The notes beneath the pieces are model-generated. The model was given only the letters and a program-made list of their open reading frames with translations, ran no database searches and was not told the DNA's origin. From contig NC_043007.1 in NCBI RefSeq assembly GCF_006345805.1, positions 59,582,001 to 59,646,000 of the forward strand: a stretch of 64,000 nt of DNA, in the 5' to 3' direction. The first letter of the stretch is position 1. Each line of letters opens with the position of its first letter. The DNA comes from Octopus sinensis (taxonomy: Eukaryota). The translations under genes and the position numbers were made by a program. This document shows, in pieces, positions 1 through 11,834 of the stretch.

Positions 1-90
<90 letters not shown>

Positions 91-95
<5 letters not shown>

Positions 96-1048
96 TAGTC
101 TTATTTTTATCACGTGCTTTCACTGCACTATCGAGTGCAGCACTGTGTGCCTCAGGCATGTGCTGTGGTATTTTTCTGATGCTCTTTTCTTACTCTATTG
201 AAAGTGTTTTACGTAGGATGTGTGCAGTGCTATTTTCTGTATGTTATATATACATGTTAGTCCAGGTGTTTTTGTTACGCAATTGCCTGAATATTTCTTT
301 TATAACACCTAATGCACCTACTACAATAGGAATAGTTTCTGTTTCTAGACTCCACGTTCGAGTTACCTCCATTTCCAAGTCTTGGTATTTTGACAGTTTC
401 TCCGTTTCTTTTAGAAAAACATTGTCATCTGTTGATTTTTTCTTGATCTCTGACAACTATATCTGGCACATTGGCCTTAATTTCTCTATCTCTGTGTATT
501 GACATATCCCATATTATGCTTCCATTCTCATTTTCTGTGATCTTTTTTGGCATGTGCCTATACCATCTTTTTCTGTTGATAATCCTTAGTGTTGGCATAG
601 CTTCCAGTGTATATAAATCCCAAATCTATCGTGTCTGTGAATATATTCCTTCTTAGCCAGGACCGGGCAGCCAGAGAGAATATGATTTATTGTTTCTTTT
701 CCATCTTTACATATTCTGGAGTTACTTGTATTTCTTTTCACTACATTTTTTTCGTAGTTTCTGGTGGGAGAGGCTTTGATCTTGTGCTGCATTTAAAAAT
801 CCTTCTGTCTCTACTTTGAGTCCTTAGCTTCTCAGCCATTGTTGGAATTTTGCTTTGTCTATTACTTTTCGGTTTAGTTCAGCCCAGTATTTGCCATGAA
901 GGGTCTTCTCTTGCCATCGTTTTATCATGATCCGTTGCTGTTCCAGTTTTAGTTTGGATTTCAGTTGTTTTATAGCTTTCGTTGTTTCTTCTTATTCACA
1001 GTTGTTAGTTACTATGACTTCTTTTCTGTATTTGTCACCTTCCTTAAA
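91..1048 (-). mobile_element. R4/Dong-like RLE non-LTR retrotransposon, subfamily A, 5'-truncated 3' fragment
   Basis: ORF pieces 586..792 (CCHC-knuckle region ICKDGKETINHILSGCPVLAKKEYIHRHD) and 244..456 (KETEKLSKYQDLEMEV...IPIVVGALG). The 3' UTR ends ...ACTACTGAA and runs into (TAA)n at 1-92. Confidence 0.9.
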
Positions 1049-1130
1049 ACCTTAAGATTCAAGTGCAATAATAATGTTTAACAGTTCAAAACTGAGTAGT
1101 GAAATGCAGAATTAGATCGGCTAACCGTGA

Positions 1131-1181
<51 letters not shown>

Positions 1182-1191
1182 ATATATATAT

Positions 1192-1469
1192 AAATAAATG
1201 AAAGAATGGAGTTGAACGACGATTTAACAAAATTCCTTTATTCTCGACATATGTTTCGAAGGCTGCATATTCCTAATTTAGAAGGAATAAGGGGTGCATT
1301 ATGCCGCCTTCTCATCAGGAAAAACAAGGAACTTATGTCAGCATCAAGATGAACAAACACTCTTAGACGACATTATCGCTCTGGGCTCCGTGTGGGCAGT
1401 CATCTAAGATATGTCGAGAATAAAGGAATTTTGTTAAATCGTCGTTCAACTCCATTCTTTCATTTATTT
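1192..1469 (-). mobile_element. Short non-autonomous PLE-like unit with hammerhead ribozyme and 61-bp inverted terminal duplication
   Basis: 1192-1252 is the exact reverse complement of 1409-1469. Hammerhead core lies between the arms, AATAAA lies just 3' of the cleavage site, and the unit abuts a (TA)n tract. Confidence 0.7.
1241..1323 (-). ncRNA. Type I hammerhead ribozyme
   Basis: Minus strand: UUUUC-CUGAUGA(1318-1312)-GAAGGC...GCCUUC-GAAA(1257-1254)-CAUAU-GUC(1248-1246)/GAGAA. All core nucleotides are present, stem II is 6 bp, stem I is 5 bp, and stem III is palindromic (ACAUAUGU). Confidence 0.85.
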
Positions 1470-1616
1470 GTATTAAAAAAACACACAAATTTCCACACGA
1501 AAGCACGTGATCTCTGCCCTTGGCATGTAGCTTCAACCGTGTTTTTCTGACGTGAATTTGCTACCCAGGTATCGGTTAACCGATTTATCCATACTAAGAT
1601 AATTCATTCAACTACT

Positions 1617-1737
<121 letters not shown>

Positions 1738-1763
1738 CGTATGTGTGTGTGTGTGTGTGTGTG

Positions 1764-1925
1764 TTTGTTCCCCACCACCGTAACATCGCAGTTCCAATAG
1801 AATAAGTACTAGGCTTAAAAAAATGAACTGGAGGCGATTCCTTCGACTAAAATTTCTTCAAAGTTGTGACCCAGCATAGCCGCAGTCTAATGACTGAAAC
1901 AAGTAAAAGAGAAAAGATAAAAGAT
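1764..1925 (+). mobile_element. SINE family A, 3' half
   Basis: Matches the 3' half of the SINE at 30737-31150 (AATAAGTACT...CCCAGCATAGCCGCAGTCTAATGACTGAAACAAGTAAAAGA), preceded by (TG)n. Confidence 0.75.
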
Positions 1926-2419
1926 TTCGTTATTAAATAGAAGTCAATAGATGGCGTTGTTTAAATAACAAGGAGGGGTGGAGCGGAATTAATGTAAGAA
2001 ATTATTTGAATAATTAATTGAAGTTTCTCAAAGGAATTGGTAAAACAAAAATAGTGACACATGAAAATAAACAGAAAGTAATAAACTATGTAATCAACAA
2101 AAAGCAAAATGGCAACGTCATCAAGAGAGTCGCTGCCGCCGTCGTCATCCTTCTCCTCTTTCTCCTCCTCCTCATCATTATCAGCAACGGAAACAATAGC
2201 AGCAAGAACAACAATAAAACAACAATAAAAAAGAAATACGTCACCAATGCTTTTCATCAACATCAACAGCATTGAATTACACCAGCCACAATGACAATAA
2301 AAAATAAGCTACAATAATGACTGCGAGAAAGATAACAAGAACAAGAACAACAACAACAACAACAACAGGAATTTTTTCTACTTGAAGCACAATTATTATT
2401 ATTATTATTATTGTGATTC

Positions 2420-2942
2420 AGTGAGAGAGCAGTAAAATATACGAAGCCCAGTATACCCATCATGACAACCTGTCTGATAAGAGTACACTAGGCACATGCA
2501 TCATAACCATATGTGTGCGACATGGAGATCAAGATAAACAACACATAACCTTGCAGTAGGGGCCCAGTTAGAATTTTCTTCTGGTCAAATAACGCATCCC
2601 ACTCAAAAGGTCCCTGAATAAGGGTTCTTTAAGGATGTTGAACGAAACACCCATGTTTCCAGAGATGAATTATTCAAACCCCAAAAAATCCCTCTCAATA
2701 CATGGCTATGATGCTCCCCCACTATTTCTGCTCGTGATCAGAGATGCACATATCGATAGCCACTAAGGGACATGCTCAACTGGTTAAGGTCAAACAACTG
2801 ACAAGCAAATTTGCAGTATTAAGCAGAATATTTGATGTAGCCCATCTTTTATACCAAGACAAACCAATGTACCTGATAACACTTCCAATCAGTTAAGATC
2901 AGAAGCCACGAGAGCCACTGCCTGGTACTGCATCAGGGCATT
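2420..2942 (-). mobile_element. ~520-550 bp (TAA)n-associated non-coding interspersed element, copy 1
   Basis: High similarity to copies at 9307, 28518, 41076, 50611 and 52630. Flanked by (TTA)n on both sides. Strand is assigned from the truncation pattern. Confidence 0.85.
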
Positions 2943-2973
2943 ACTATTATTATTAATATTATTATTATTATTA

Positions 2974-3019
<46 letters not shown>

Positions 3020-3131
3020 GTTATAATTATTATTATTATAATTATTATTATTTTCATTATTATTATTATTATTATTATTATATTATTATTATATTATTAT
3101 TATTATTATTATTTTATTATTATTATTATTA

Positions 3132-3938
3132 TTCAGTAGTTTTATTTTTATAGCGTGCTTTCACTTCACTACCGAGCACAGCTCTGTGTGCCTTGGGTAT
3201 GTGCTGTGATTTGTTGTGATGCTCTGATGGTTATTGTATGGAAAGTGTTCTGCGTAGGATGTGTGCAGTGCCTAGTAGTGCAATTTTCTGTATGTTATAT
3301 GTGTTTGTAAGTCCTGGTGTTTTTGTTATGTATTTGTCTGAATATTTTTTTATCATGCCCAATGCACCTACTATGATAGGAATTGTTTCTGTTTTCAGAT
3401 TCCACATTCTAGTTATCTCTATTTCCAGGTCTTTGTATTTTGAGAGTTTCTCCATTTCTTTGAGAGACACGTTGTCATCAGCCGGTATTGATACATCAAT
3501 TAGAAAGCATTTTTTTCTTCATGATCTCTGACAACTATATCTGGTCTGTTGGCCTTAATTTCTCTATCTGTGTGTATCGGCATATCCCAGAGTATGGTTG
3601 CTTTCTCGTTTTCTGTGACCTTTTCTGGTGTGTGCCTATACCATCTTTTTTCTGTTGTTATTCCATAATGTTGGCATAGCTTCCAATGTATGTAGGTTCC
3701 AACTCTGTCATGTCTGTGAATATATTCCTTCTTAGCCAAGACTGGGCAGCTAGAGATAATATGATTTATTGTTTCTTGTCCATCTCCTCATATTCTGCAG
3801 TTACTTGTAATATTTCTTTTCATTACATGTTTTTGGTAATTTCTGGTGGGGAGGCTTTGGTCTTGTGCTGCAATTAAAAATCCCTCTGTCTCTGCTTTGA
3901 GTCCTGAGCTTCTCAACCATTGCTGGGATTTTTCTTTG
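3132..3938 (-). mobile_element. R4/Dong-like LINE subfamily A, 3' fragment
   Basis: ORFs 3500..3739 (RHDRVG...LWDMPIHTD...NRPDIVV) and 3231..3470 (KEMEKLSKYKDL...LLGTAHILRRTLSIQ). (TTA)n on both sides. Confidence 0.92.
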
Positions 3939-3940
3939 GC

Positions 3941-4404
<464 letters not shown>

Positions 4405-4699
4405 CTGAAAGAACAACTGTGAAAAAACTGGAAGATCTGCTGTTTTCTGTGAGTAATTTGAATTTTCCCCAAAATTAAGTTAAGGAACTTGCATATCTGC
4501 AGCTTGGGACATACAAGCGAACGCCTAACAAAAAAAATTTAGAAACATAAACATCTCCAATTTTGTGTGAACATTTTGTCGTCCCTTCTTCCTTGATTGC
4601 CGTCTCTCCACGAGCCTCTCAAAGCTCAAAAATGATAACATTATCGTAGCACCAAAATGTTTTTGGAAATTAAAAGGAAAACTACATCAGTATACCAAA

Positions 4700-7600
4700 T
4701 CGCTTGTCCTATGGTTAATCTGGAAGCGCGTTTCCCAGGGAAGAGCCAGCCTGGGATCGAAAAGTCATCAACTGGCACAAACTCTTCTCCGAATACGGAC
4801 ATGGATGGTCACTTGAACAGGAAATTCCCCAAGTCGAGCCCTCCAAGTTCACCACCACAACCATCACAGAAAGAAAAATGTAAGCGGAACAAATGGACCC
4901 GAGAAGAGTATAAAGAAGTAATATACGCTTATTATTATGCATTATGTAAGCCATCTCAAGAGAGACACACCGCAAACTCTTACAGTATATGGAGAACACG
5001 GTATCAAGACAGTAGGTCCTATTTGGACGAGAACAAATTGGCAAATGTGAGGAGGGATATCCTTAGAAATAACAGACTCACAGACAGTGAAATAAGCGCG
5101 ATCAAGCACGCAACGGAAAAGGACATAAATATAAGACACAAAGGAAATGAAGAATCAGATGAACAGTATAGCCCGCCACGAGGCTTAATTGAAAGACTGC
5201 CATCTGACCAAAGTACGCAAAGGCCTGAAGATACAAGAAATTCTATTGAAACGTTAAAGATAGCCAAGAAAATGATAAAACAACAATAACTGAAGACCTC
5301 GCATTTGCTGAAGAACACAGAAAGTCTATGGCAGAAATGAGGCAGAAAATCCTGAATACGCTTGAAGTTGTAAGACATACAAGTATGAATGATAGAGAAC
5401 CACTTCATAAACTCTCAAATACAAACCAAAACAAAAAACAAATCCAAATTGGCAACTATGTAACAAATGAAATAATACAAGAATTAAAACCTGATTTTAC
5501 TGAGTTAAATGAAATTATTTACGCTTCTGCTAGGGCAATTGAAACCAGCTGTATGCCCCCGAAAAAAAAACAAAGAAAACCAAACCTGGGAAGAAATCAA
5601 ACTTGGAGAAGTAAAATTGAAAAAGAGATTGAATTTATGAGAGGGGAAATATCAATATTAAATGAACTAATATGTGGAAATGATGTAAGATCCAGAACAG
5701 GAAGAAAGATGAAGAGAAAATTTTGATCCTCACCAAGAGAAGAACTGATATCAATAAAAGAAACGCTGAAACAAAAAGTCCAAGCAAAAGCCCAAAGAAT
5801 ACGAAGATTTGAGAAGAGAAACAAGTTTTACAAGCAAAATAAGCTGTTCACATACAATGCCAAAAAATTCTACAGAGAAATAGGGAAGGAGAAAGTAACC
5901 GTTAAAGTCCCCCCTCCCATGGAAGAAGTTCAAAACTTTTGGAAAAGGATTTGGAGTGACAAGAAGACGTACAACATAAATGCAGACTGGATTATACAAA
6001 CAGAAGGATCCTACCAAAATTTACAACAAGCATAGGAAGACATCACAATAGCAGACCTAAGAAAGGCACTCACGAAGGCCTCCATAATTGGAAATCCCCC
6101 CGGTAAAGATAGGGTGCCGAATTTCTGGCTCGCATCGCTCCCATGCACACACGGTAAGCTAGTTCAGCTTCTCAATGGAATTATGAGAGACCCAAAGAAA
6201 ACACCTGAATGGTTAGCAAGTGGTATTACTTACCTACTCCCAAAGAATAACGAAACCAACCTTCCAAAAAACTATCGGCCTATAACCTGTCTATCCACCA
6301 CGTATAAAATCCTAACATCTATCCTGGCGGAGAAAACATATGCATTCATGGAGAAGAACGATATTTTCCCCATTGAACAAAAAGGGTGCCGCCGAGGCTC
6401 ATACGGATACAAAGGTCAACTGCTAATTAATCGTATGATCCTTGAGAACTGTCACAACAAGCGCAGAAATCTCAGCTCCGCATGGATTGACTATAAAAAT
6501 CCCTTCGACAGTATACCGCATCCATGGATCTTGAGATCGCTGGACACCTTCAAAATTTCCTCTGTGATTTCAAGATTCGTGAAGCACAATATGTCGTTGT
6601 GGAATACGAATCTCCAATTATACCACTCTAATGGAATACTTGCCTCAGAGAATATAAACATCAACAGTAGAATTTTTCAAGGAGACTCACTTTCACCTTT
6701 AATATTCTGCATAGCCCTAATACCCCTTACAAGTGAATTAAACAGAACAGGGTATGGGTATAAAATTGCCAATAAGAAAATAAGCCATCTATTTTATATG
6801 GATGACTTAAAACTCTATGGTAAAGACAATAATGAACTTGAAGACCTTTTGCGCACTGTGAAAGCATTCAGCGATGACATCGGGATGGAGTTTGGGCTTG
6901 AGAAGTGTGTCAAGGCCACTTTCCAGAAAGGGAAAGTGAAGACCACAAATTCAGTCGTGTTCGATGTTGACACAGTCATAAGAGAGCTTGAGCAAGAACA
7001 AACATACAAATATTTAGGGATAAATGAAGGCTCTGGTATTCAGCATGCAAGCATGAAAGAGAAGATCAGGAAGGAATGTTATAGGAGAGTTCGTGCAGTC
7101 CTGAAATCTGAACTAAATGCACGTAACCAGGTGTTAGCTATAAATTCCTTAGCAGTTCCAGTTGTTACTTATAGCTACAACGTGTTGAACTGAAATATGA
7201 GTGAAGTAAAGAATATAGATAGGAAAATACGCAAGCTGCTGAGTTGTAATAGGATGCACCACCCAAAGGCAGACGGAGATCGCCTTTACCTTCCCAGAGC
7301 CCAAGGAGGTCGAGACCTGATCCAATTTGAACTAGCTTACAAAACAACCAAAATTGGACTGGCCAAATATCTTGAAATAACGAATGACTGGATGCTAAAC
7401 TCGTAGAAAATCACGAGAGACGAAAGAAACTTCATTCTATCATAAAGAGAAGCAAAATATTTGCTATTGATTTCGTGCAGAATACCCAAACTGAACAACC
7501 CGAGGGAAGTATGGCAACTATTGTTGCAAAGAAGGTGAAAATAATGGCAACGAAAAAAGCGCACGAGCAATTGGCTGATAGGTGGGAGGAGAAACCTCTG

Positions 7601-8512
7601 CACGGCAAATATGTGGCCCACAACAAACAAGCTGATGTTGACCAGAAGCAAACCCATCAGTGGCTACGGAGCTCAGGGCTAAAAGCAGAGAGCAAAGATT
7701 CCATCCTGGCTGCTCAAGATCAAAGCCTATTAACCCGGAACTACCAGGCCAATGTGATGAAAAATGGAGCAGACCCAAAATGCCGATTCTGCAACGACAT
7801 GATTGAAACAGTGGACCACCTAATCTCTGGATGTAAAGTCTTAACACCAGTGGAGTATAAATTAAGACATGACAGAGTTGGCCAATATCTACACTGGCTA
7901 ATAAGTCGGCATTACAATATCAAAACTGCCGACAAGTGGTATAATCACCACCCTGAGGCTGTAACTGAAGGAGAAAATGTAACAATTCTGTGGGACTTTC
8001 CAGTACATACAGACCGAACCATCAAGGCCAATAAACCAGATATTGTTGTGAAAGACCAAAACAATAAAGTTTGCTTATTGATCGACATGAGCATCCCCTG
8101 TGATCATAATATCTCAGCGAAAGAGTTTGACAAGCTCAGAAAATATAAAGACCTACTCATTGAAATTGAGAAAATGTGGTATCTCAAGGCGGTTACAATA
8201 CTAGTGATCGTAGGAGCACTAGGAATGATCAAGAAGGGAACCGAAAATTATATGAGAATGATCCCTGGCTTACCATCCCTGCAAGAAGTGCAAAAGATTG
8301 TCTTAACTGGTACATCACACGTATTGAGAAGAGCATTGCCGATGTGAGAACTATTACTACCCATGTATTTTAATTTAACTTAAAAAAATGAACGAATTAT
8401 TGAGTTTAGTTTAATGACCTACTAATGTATACTATGAGTTTCTTTGCCCTAGGAGTCGGGAAGACACTCGGCAAGAAATGGAAGCAAATTTGAAAGAAGA
8501 AAAAAAAAGTCA
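4700..8512 (+). mobile_element. R4/Dong-like LINE subfamily B, near full length, disrupted (copy 1)
   Basis: Single ancestral ORF broken into 4657..5289 (KWTREEYKEVIYAYY), 5328..5726, 6114..7193 (RT: YRPITCL, GIFQGDSLSP-like, YMDDLKLY), 7197..7406 and 7475..8347 (CRFC, RHDRVG, PDIVV, KYKDL RLE motifs). 3' tail is (TAA)n. The 5' limit could extend to 4405. Confidence 0.93.
6114..7193 (+). pseudogene. Reverse transcriptase domain of R4/Dong LINE (disrupted ORF segment)
   Basis: Non-LTR RT motifs NYRPITCL, QKGC, WIDY, FQGDSLSPL, YMDDLKL, FGLEKC, YKYLG. Confidence 0.9.
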
Positions 8513-8536
8513 ATAATAATAATGATGATGATGATG

Positions 8537-9103
8537 AGACATGACAGAGTTGGAACCTACATACACTGGAAGCTATGCCAACATTATGGAATAACAACAG
8601 AAAAAAGATGGTATAGGCACACACCAGAAAAGGTCACAGAAAACGAGAAAGCAACCATACTCTGGGATATGCCGATACACACAGATAGAGAAATTAAGGC
8701 CAACAGACCAGATATAGTTGTCAGAGATAATGAAGAAAAAAAATGCTTTCTAATTGATGTATCAATACCGGCAGATGACAACGTGTCTCTAAAAGAAATG
8801 GAGAAACTCTCAAAATACAAAGACCTGGAAATAGAGGTAACTAGAATGTGGAACCTGAAAACAGAAAGAATTCCTATCATAGTAAAAAAATATTCAGACA
8901 AATACATAACAAAAACACCAGGACTTACAAACACATATAACATACAGAAAATTGCACTACTAGGCACTGCACACATCCTACGCAGAACACTTTCCATACA
9001 ATAACCATCAGAGCATCACAACAAATCACAGCACATACCCAAGGCACAGAGAGCGGCGCTCGGTAGTGAAGTGAAAGCACGCTATAAAAATAAAACTACT
9101 GAA
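8537..9103 (+). mobile_element. R4/Dong-like LINE subfamily A, 3' fragment inserted in the tail of copy 1 of subfamily B
   Basis: ORF 8522..9004 RHDRVG...RRTLSIQ, near-identical to 3132-3938. Ends ACTACTGAA(TAA)n. Confidence 0.92.
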
Positions 9104-9124
9104 TAATAATAATAATAATAATAA

Positions 9125-9165
<41 letters not shown>

Positions 9166-9207
9166 TAGTAGTAGTAGTAGTAATAATAATAATAATAATA
9201 ATAATAA

Positions 9208-9260
<53 letters not shown>

Positions 9261-9306
9261 ATAATAATAATAATAATAATCATAATAATAATAATAATAA
9301 TAAATA

Positions 9307-9697
9307 TTAACTGATTGGAAGTGTTATAATGTACATTGTTTTATCTTAGTATAAAAGATGGGCCACAGCAAATATTCTGCTCAATACCACACATTTGCAT
9401 GTCAGACGATATTTACATCTCCGATCACGAGCAGAAGTAGCGGAGGAGCATCATAACCATATGTCGAGGAGAATTCTTTGGGGTTTGGATAATTCACCTT
9501 TGGAAACATCCTCAAACAATCCTTATGCAGAAACCTTTTGGGCTACTCAACCTGAAGGAAATTCTAACTCGGTCCTTCTGCAAGGTCATGCTCTGATTAT
9601 TTTGATACGAGATCACCATGTCGCATACATATGGTTGTGATGCATGTGCCTGGGCTACCCTTATCAGATGGGTAATCATGATGAGTGTACTGGGCTT
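9307..9697 (+). mobile_element. ~520-550 bp element, copy 2 (truncated, diverged)
   Basis: TTAACTGATTGGAAGTGTTAT...GATCACGAGCAGAAGTAG...ACATATGGTTGTGATGCATGTGCC matches the other copies. Confidence 0.8.
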
Positions 9698-9954
9698 TAG
9701 ACACCGCTGTGAAATCATAATTACTGGTTTCTGTCCAGGTGCAATACGGCATACTTTAGATGAAAGCTGGCAGCCAGACGTTTGTAATAAATATGGACTT
9801 TTCGTTTGAGCTTCGAGTACAAAAGCTGAATGTTCTAATTCAGTGCTCTTTCGAGAAATATTGTGTTGCTTTCGCCATCATCCCTGCAAAAGATTGCCTG
9901 TCAGTGGAGGTACAGGTTTCGATTATCTGTAGCTGCCTCCTGGCAACTTTTAAA

Positions 9955-10172
9955 AAGGTAGTGATGTAGCAAAATCGTTAGCACGCCTGGCAAAATTCTT
10001 AGCGGCATTTCGTCCGTTTTTACGTTCTGAGTTCAAATTCCGCTGAGGTCAGCTTTGCCTTACATCCCTTCGGAGTCGATAAAGTAAGTATAAGTTGAGC
10101 TCTGGGGGTCGATGTAATCGACTTACCTCACCTCGAACTTGCTGGCCTTATGCCAAAATCCGAAACCATTAT
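9955..10172 (+). mobile_element. tRNA-derived SINE family B
   Basis: TCGTTAGCACGCC...GAGTTCAAATTCCGCTGAGGTC (B-box-like)...GGGGTCGATGTAATCGACT. Homologous to 41790-42005. Confidence 0.75.
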
Positions 10173-11469
10173 TAATGCTGTTGCTGTTGTTGTTACCGCT
10201 GCTGTCACTGAAATTGTTGCTATTTTCGTTGCAGCGGGTACCGTTGTTGCTTGTATTGGCTTTGTTAAAAACACTGTCCTTACCACTGCTACTGTTATCG
10301 TGTAAATGTTCTTTAATGAAGTTTGCAGTGGTATGAAAAGTTTCTTTTCTTTTTCTTTTTTTTTTGCGACCACTTCACTGAATCTGAAAGTAAGCGTTAC
10401 TGATGCCATAATTGCAAATGAGAAAAAATCAGACGAAAGCAAATAAAATATTACAATGTTTCCTTTAGGGCATATTTTGGCCGCATCTGTTTTCACTCAG
10501 TGATGTTGGGGTCCATTATTCAAAGTTTTAATAACAATTCACAATAGTATACAAATTGTTTCCAACAAAATTTAACAGGAGGCATACGTCGAACACTAAC
10601 GACGTCGTCGACGTTGATGATGATGATGATGATTACGATGGTTTTTTTTATTTGCTCACATGGGTTATCAGATGAAGGGGAATTTACAATTTGTGTGTGT
10701 GTGTAGAGGTTACATAAAATGATGAGCGGAAGACAAAGAAAGAAGGTGGAAATGAAATAAAAAGTATGCATAGCACGCAAAACACGTGAACACATGAATG
10801 AGATAATTTCTCTGACACAGGAGAGTCTCCAACTAACGCTTATTAAGAAAGCTCACAGATCACCCTGGTTGTAAGGGCACAAGCACTCACCCAACTGTTG
10901 TTTGAAAAAATGTAAACATGAGGATAACCTGATTGGGGGGGGGGGTAAAACCAGAAATAATCGCACGTGCTTTAGTGATTATCAAAAACCAAAAAACACA
11001 AAAAACAAAAACAAAAATACATGTAGAGAAATACGAAGTCAAACACTAGGACTTACAAAAATGCGTAACATAAATATATCCCCCTTCGCCCCCACAAGCA
11101 GAGCAAAGACGAGGAGCAATATTTTCCAATGCTCTAACGATTGCACCAGCTAATAACAACAACGATAAGAGTAATAATGGTTTCAAAGGCCAACAGTTTT
11201 GAATCGGAAACTCAGTATTCAGTTGATGCCGTTCTCATTGCTGTTATTGTTATTGTGGTTCCCGTGCAAATGTTCTTTGTATCATCGGTTTCAGTACTTG
11301 ATTAATACTTTATTGTAGCGAACGCGAAAAGATGAAAGGCAAATTTGACATCGACGGGATTTGAAACCAGGAGAAAGCGAGTCGCAACAAACACTGTAAA
11401 GCATTTTGTCCAACGCGCTAACAACTCTACAAAATGACAGCATTTATCCTTTAAATTTTGCCTCTTAAT

Positions 11470-11748
11470 TTAGTCAAGGAAATGCAGTCATGCTGGAGCT
11501 GTGCTTGAAGTGCTTTGGTCGAGCAAGTCTGGCACTTATTCTATCGGTCACTTTTGCCGAAACGTTACAGGGTCTAAACAAACCAGCATCGGTTGCCAAG
11601 TGGAAGAGGGCAAATACAAAGAAACACACACATATATACACTACAAGCTTCCACACAGTCATCGCTATCTAATTCACTTGCTCCAGATACTGCATCGTGG
11701 GATTGAACCCAAAATCAGGCGGTGGCAAAACGAATGTCTTAACTACAT

Positions 11749-11750
<2 letters not shown>
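11470..11750 (-). mobile_element. SINE family A, diverged
   Basis: Reverse complement resembles 30737-31150 (GGTTCAATCCCAC B-box; CCGATAGAATAAGT; CTCCAGCATGACTGCA). Confidence 0.6.
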
Positions 11751-11782
<32 letters not shown>

Positions 11783-11834
11783 TAGAAATAATAATAATAA
11801 TAATGAGGATGATAATAATAATAATAACAACAAC

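Noticed and set aside
5724-5726. Shared TGA as selenocysteine (as in some Naiad PLEs)
   Set aside because: The second shared stop is TAG at a probable Trp codon, the position is not an evident Cys site, and no SECIS was seen.
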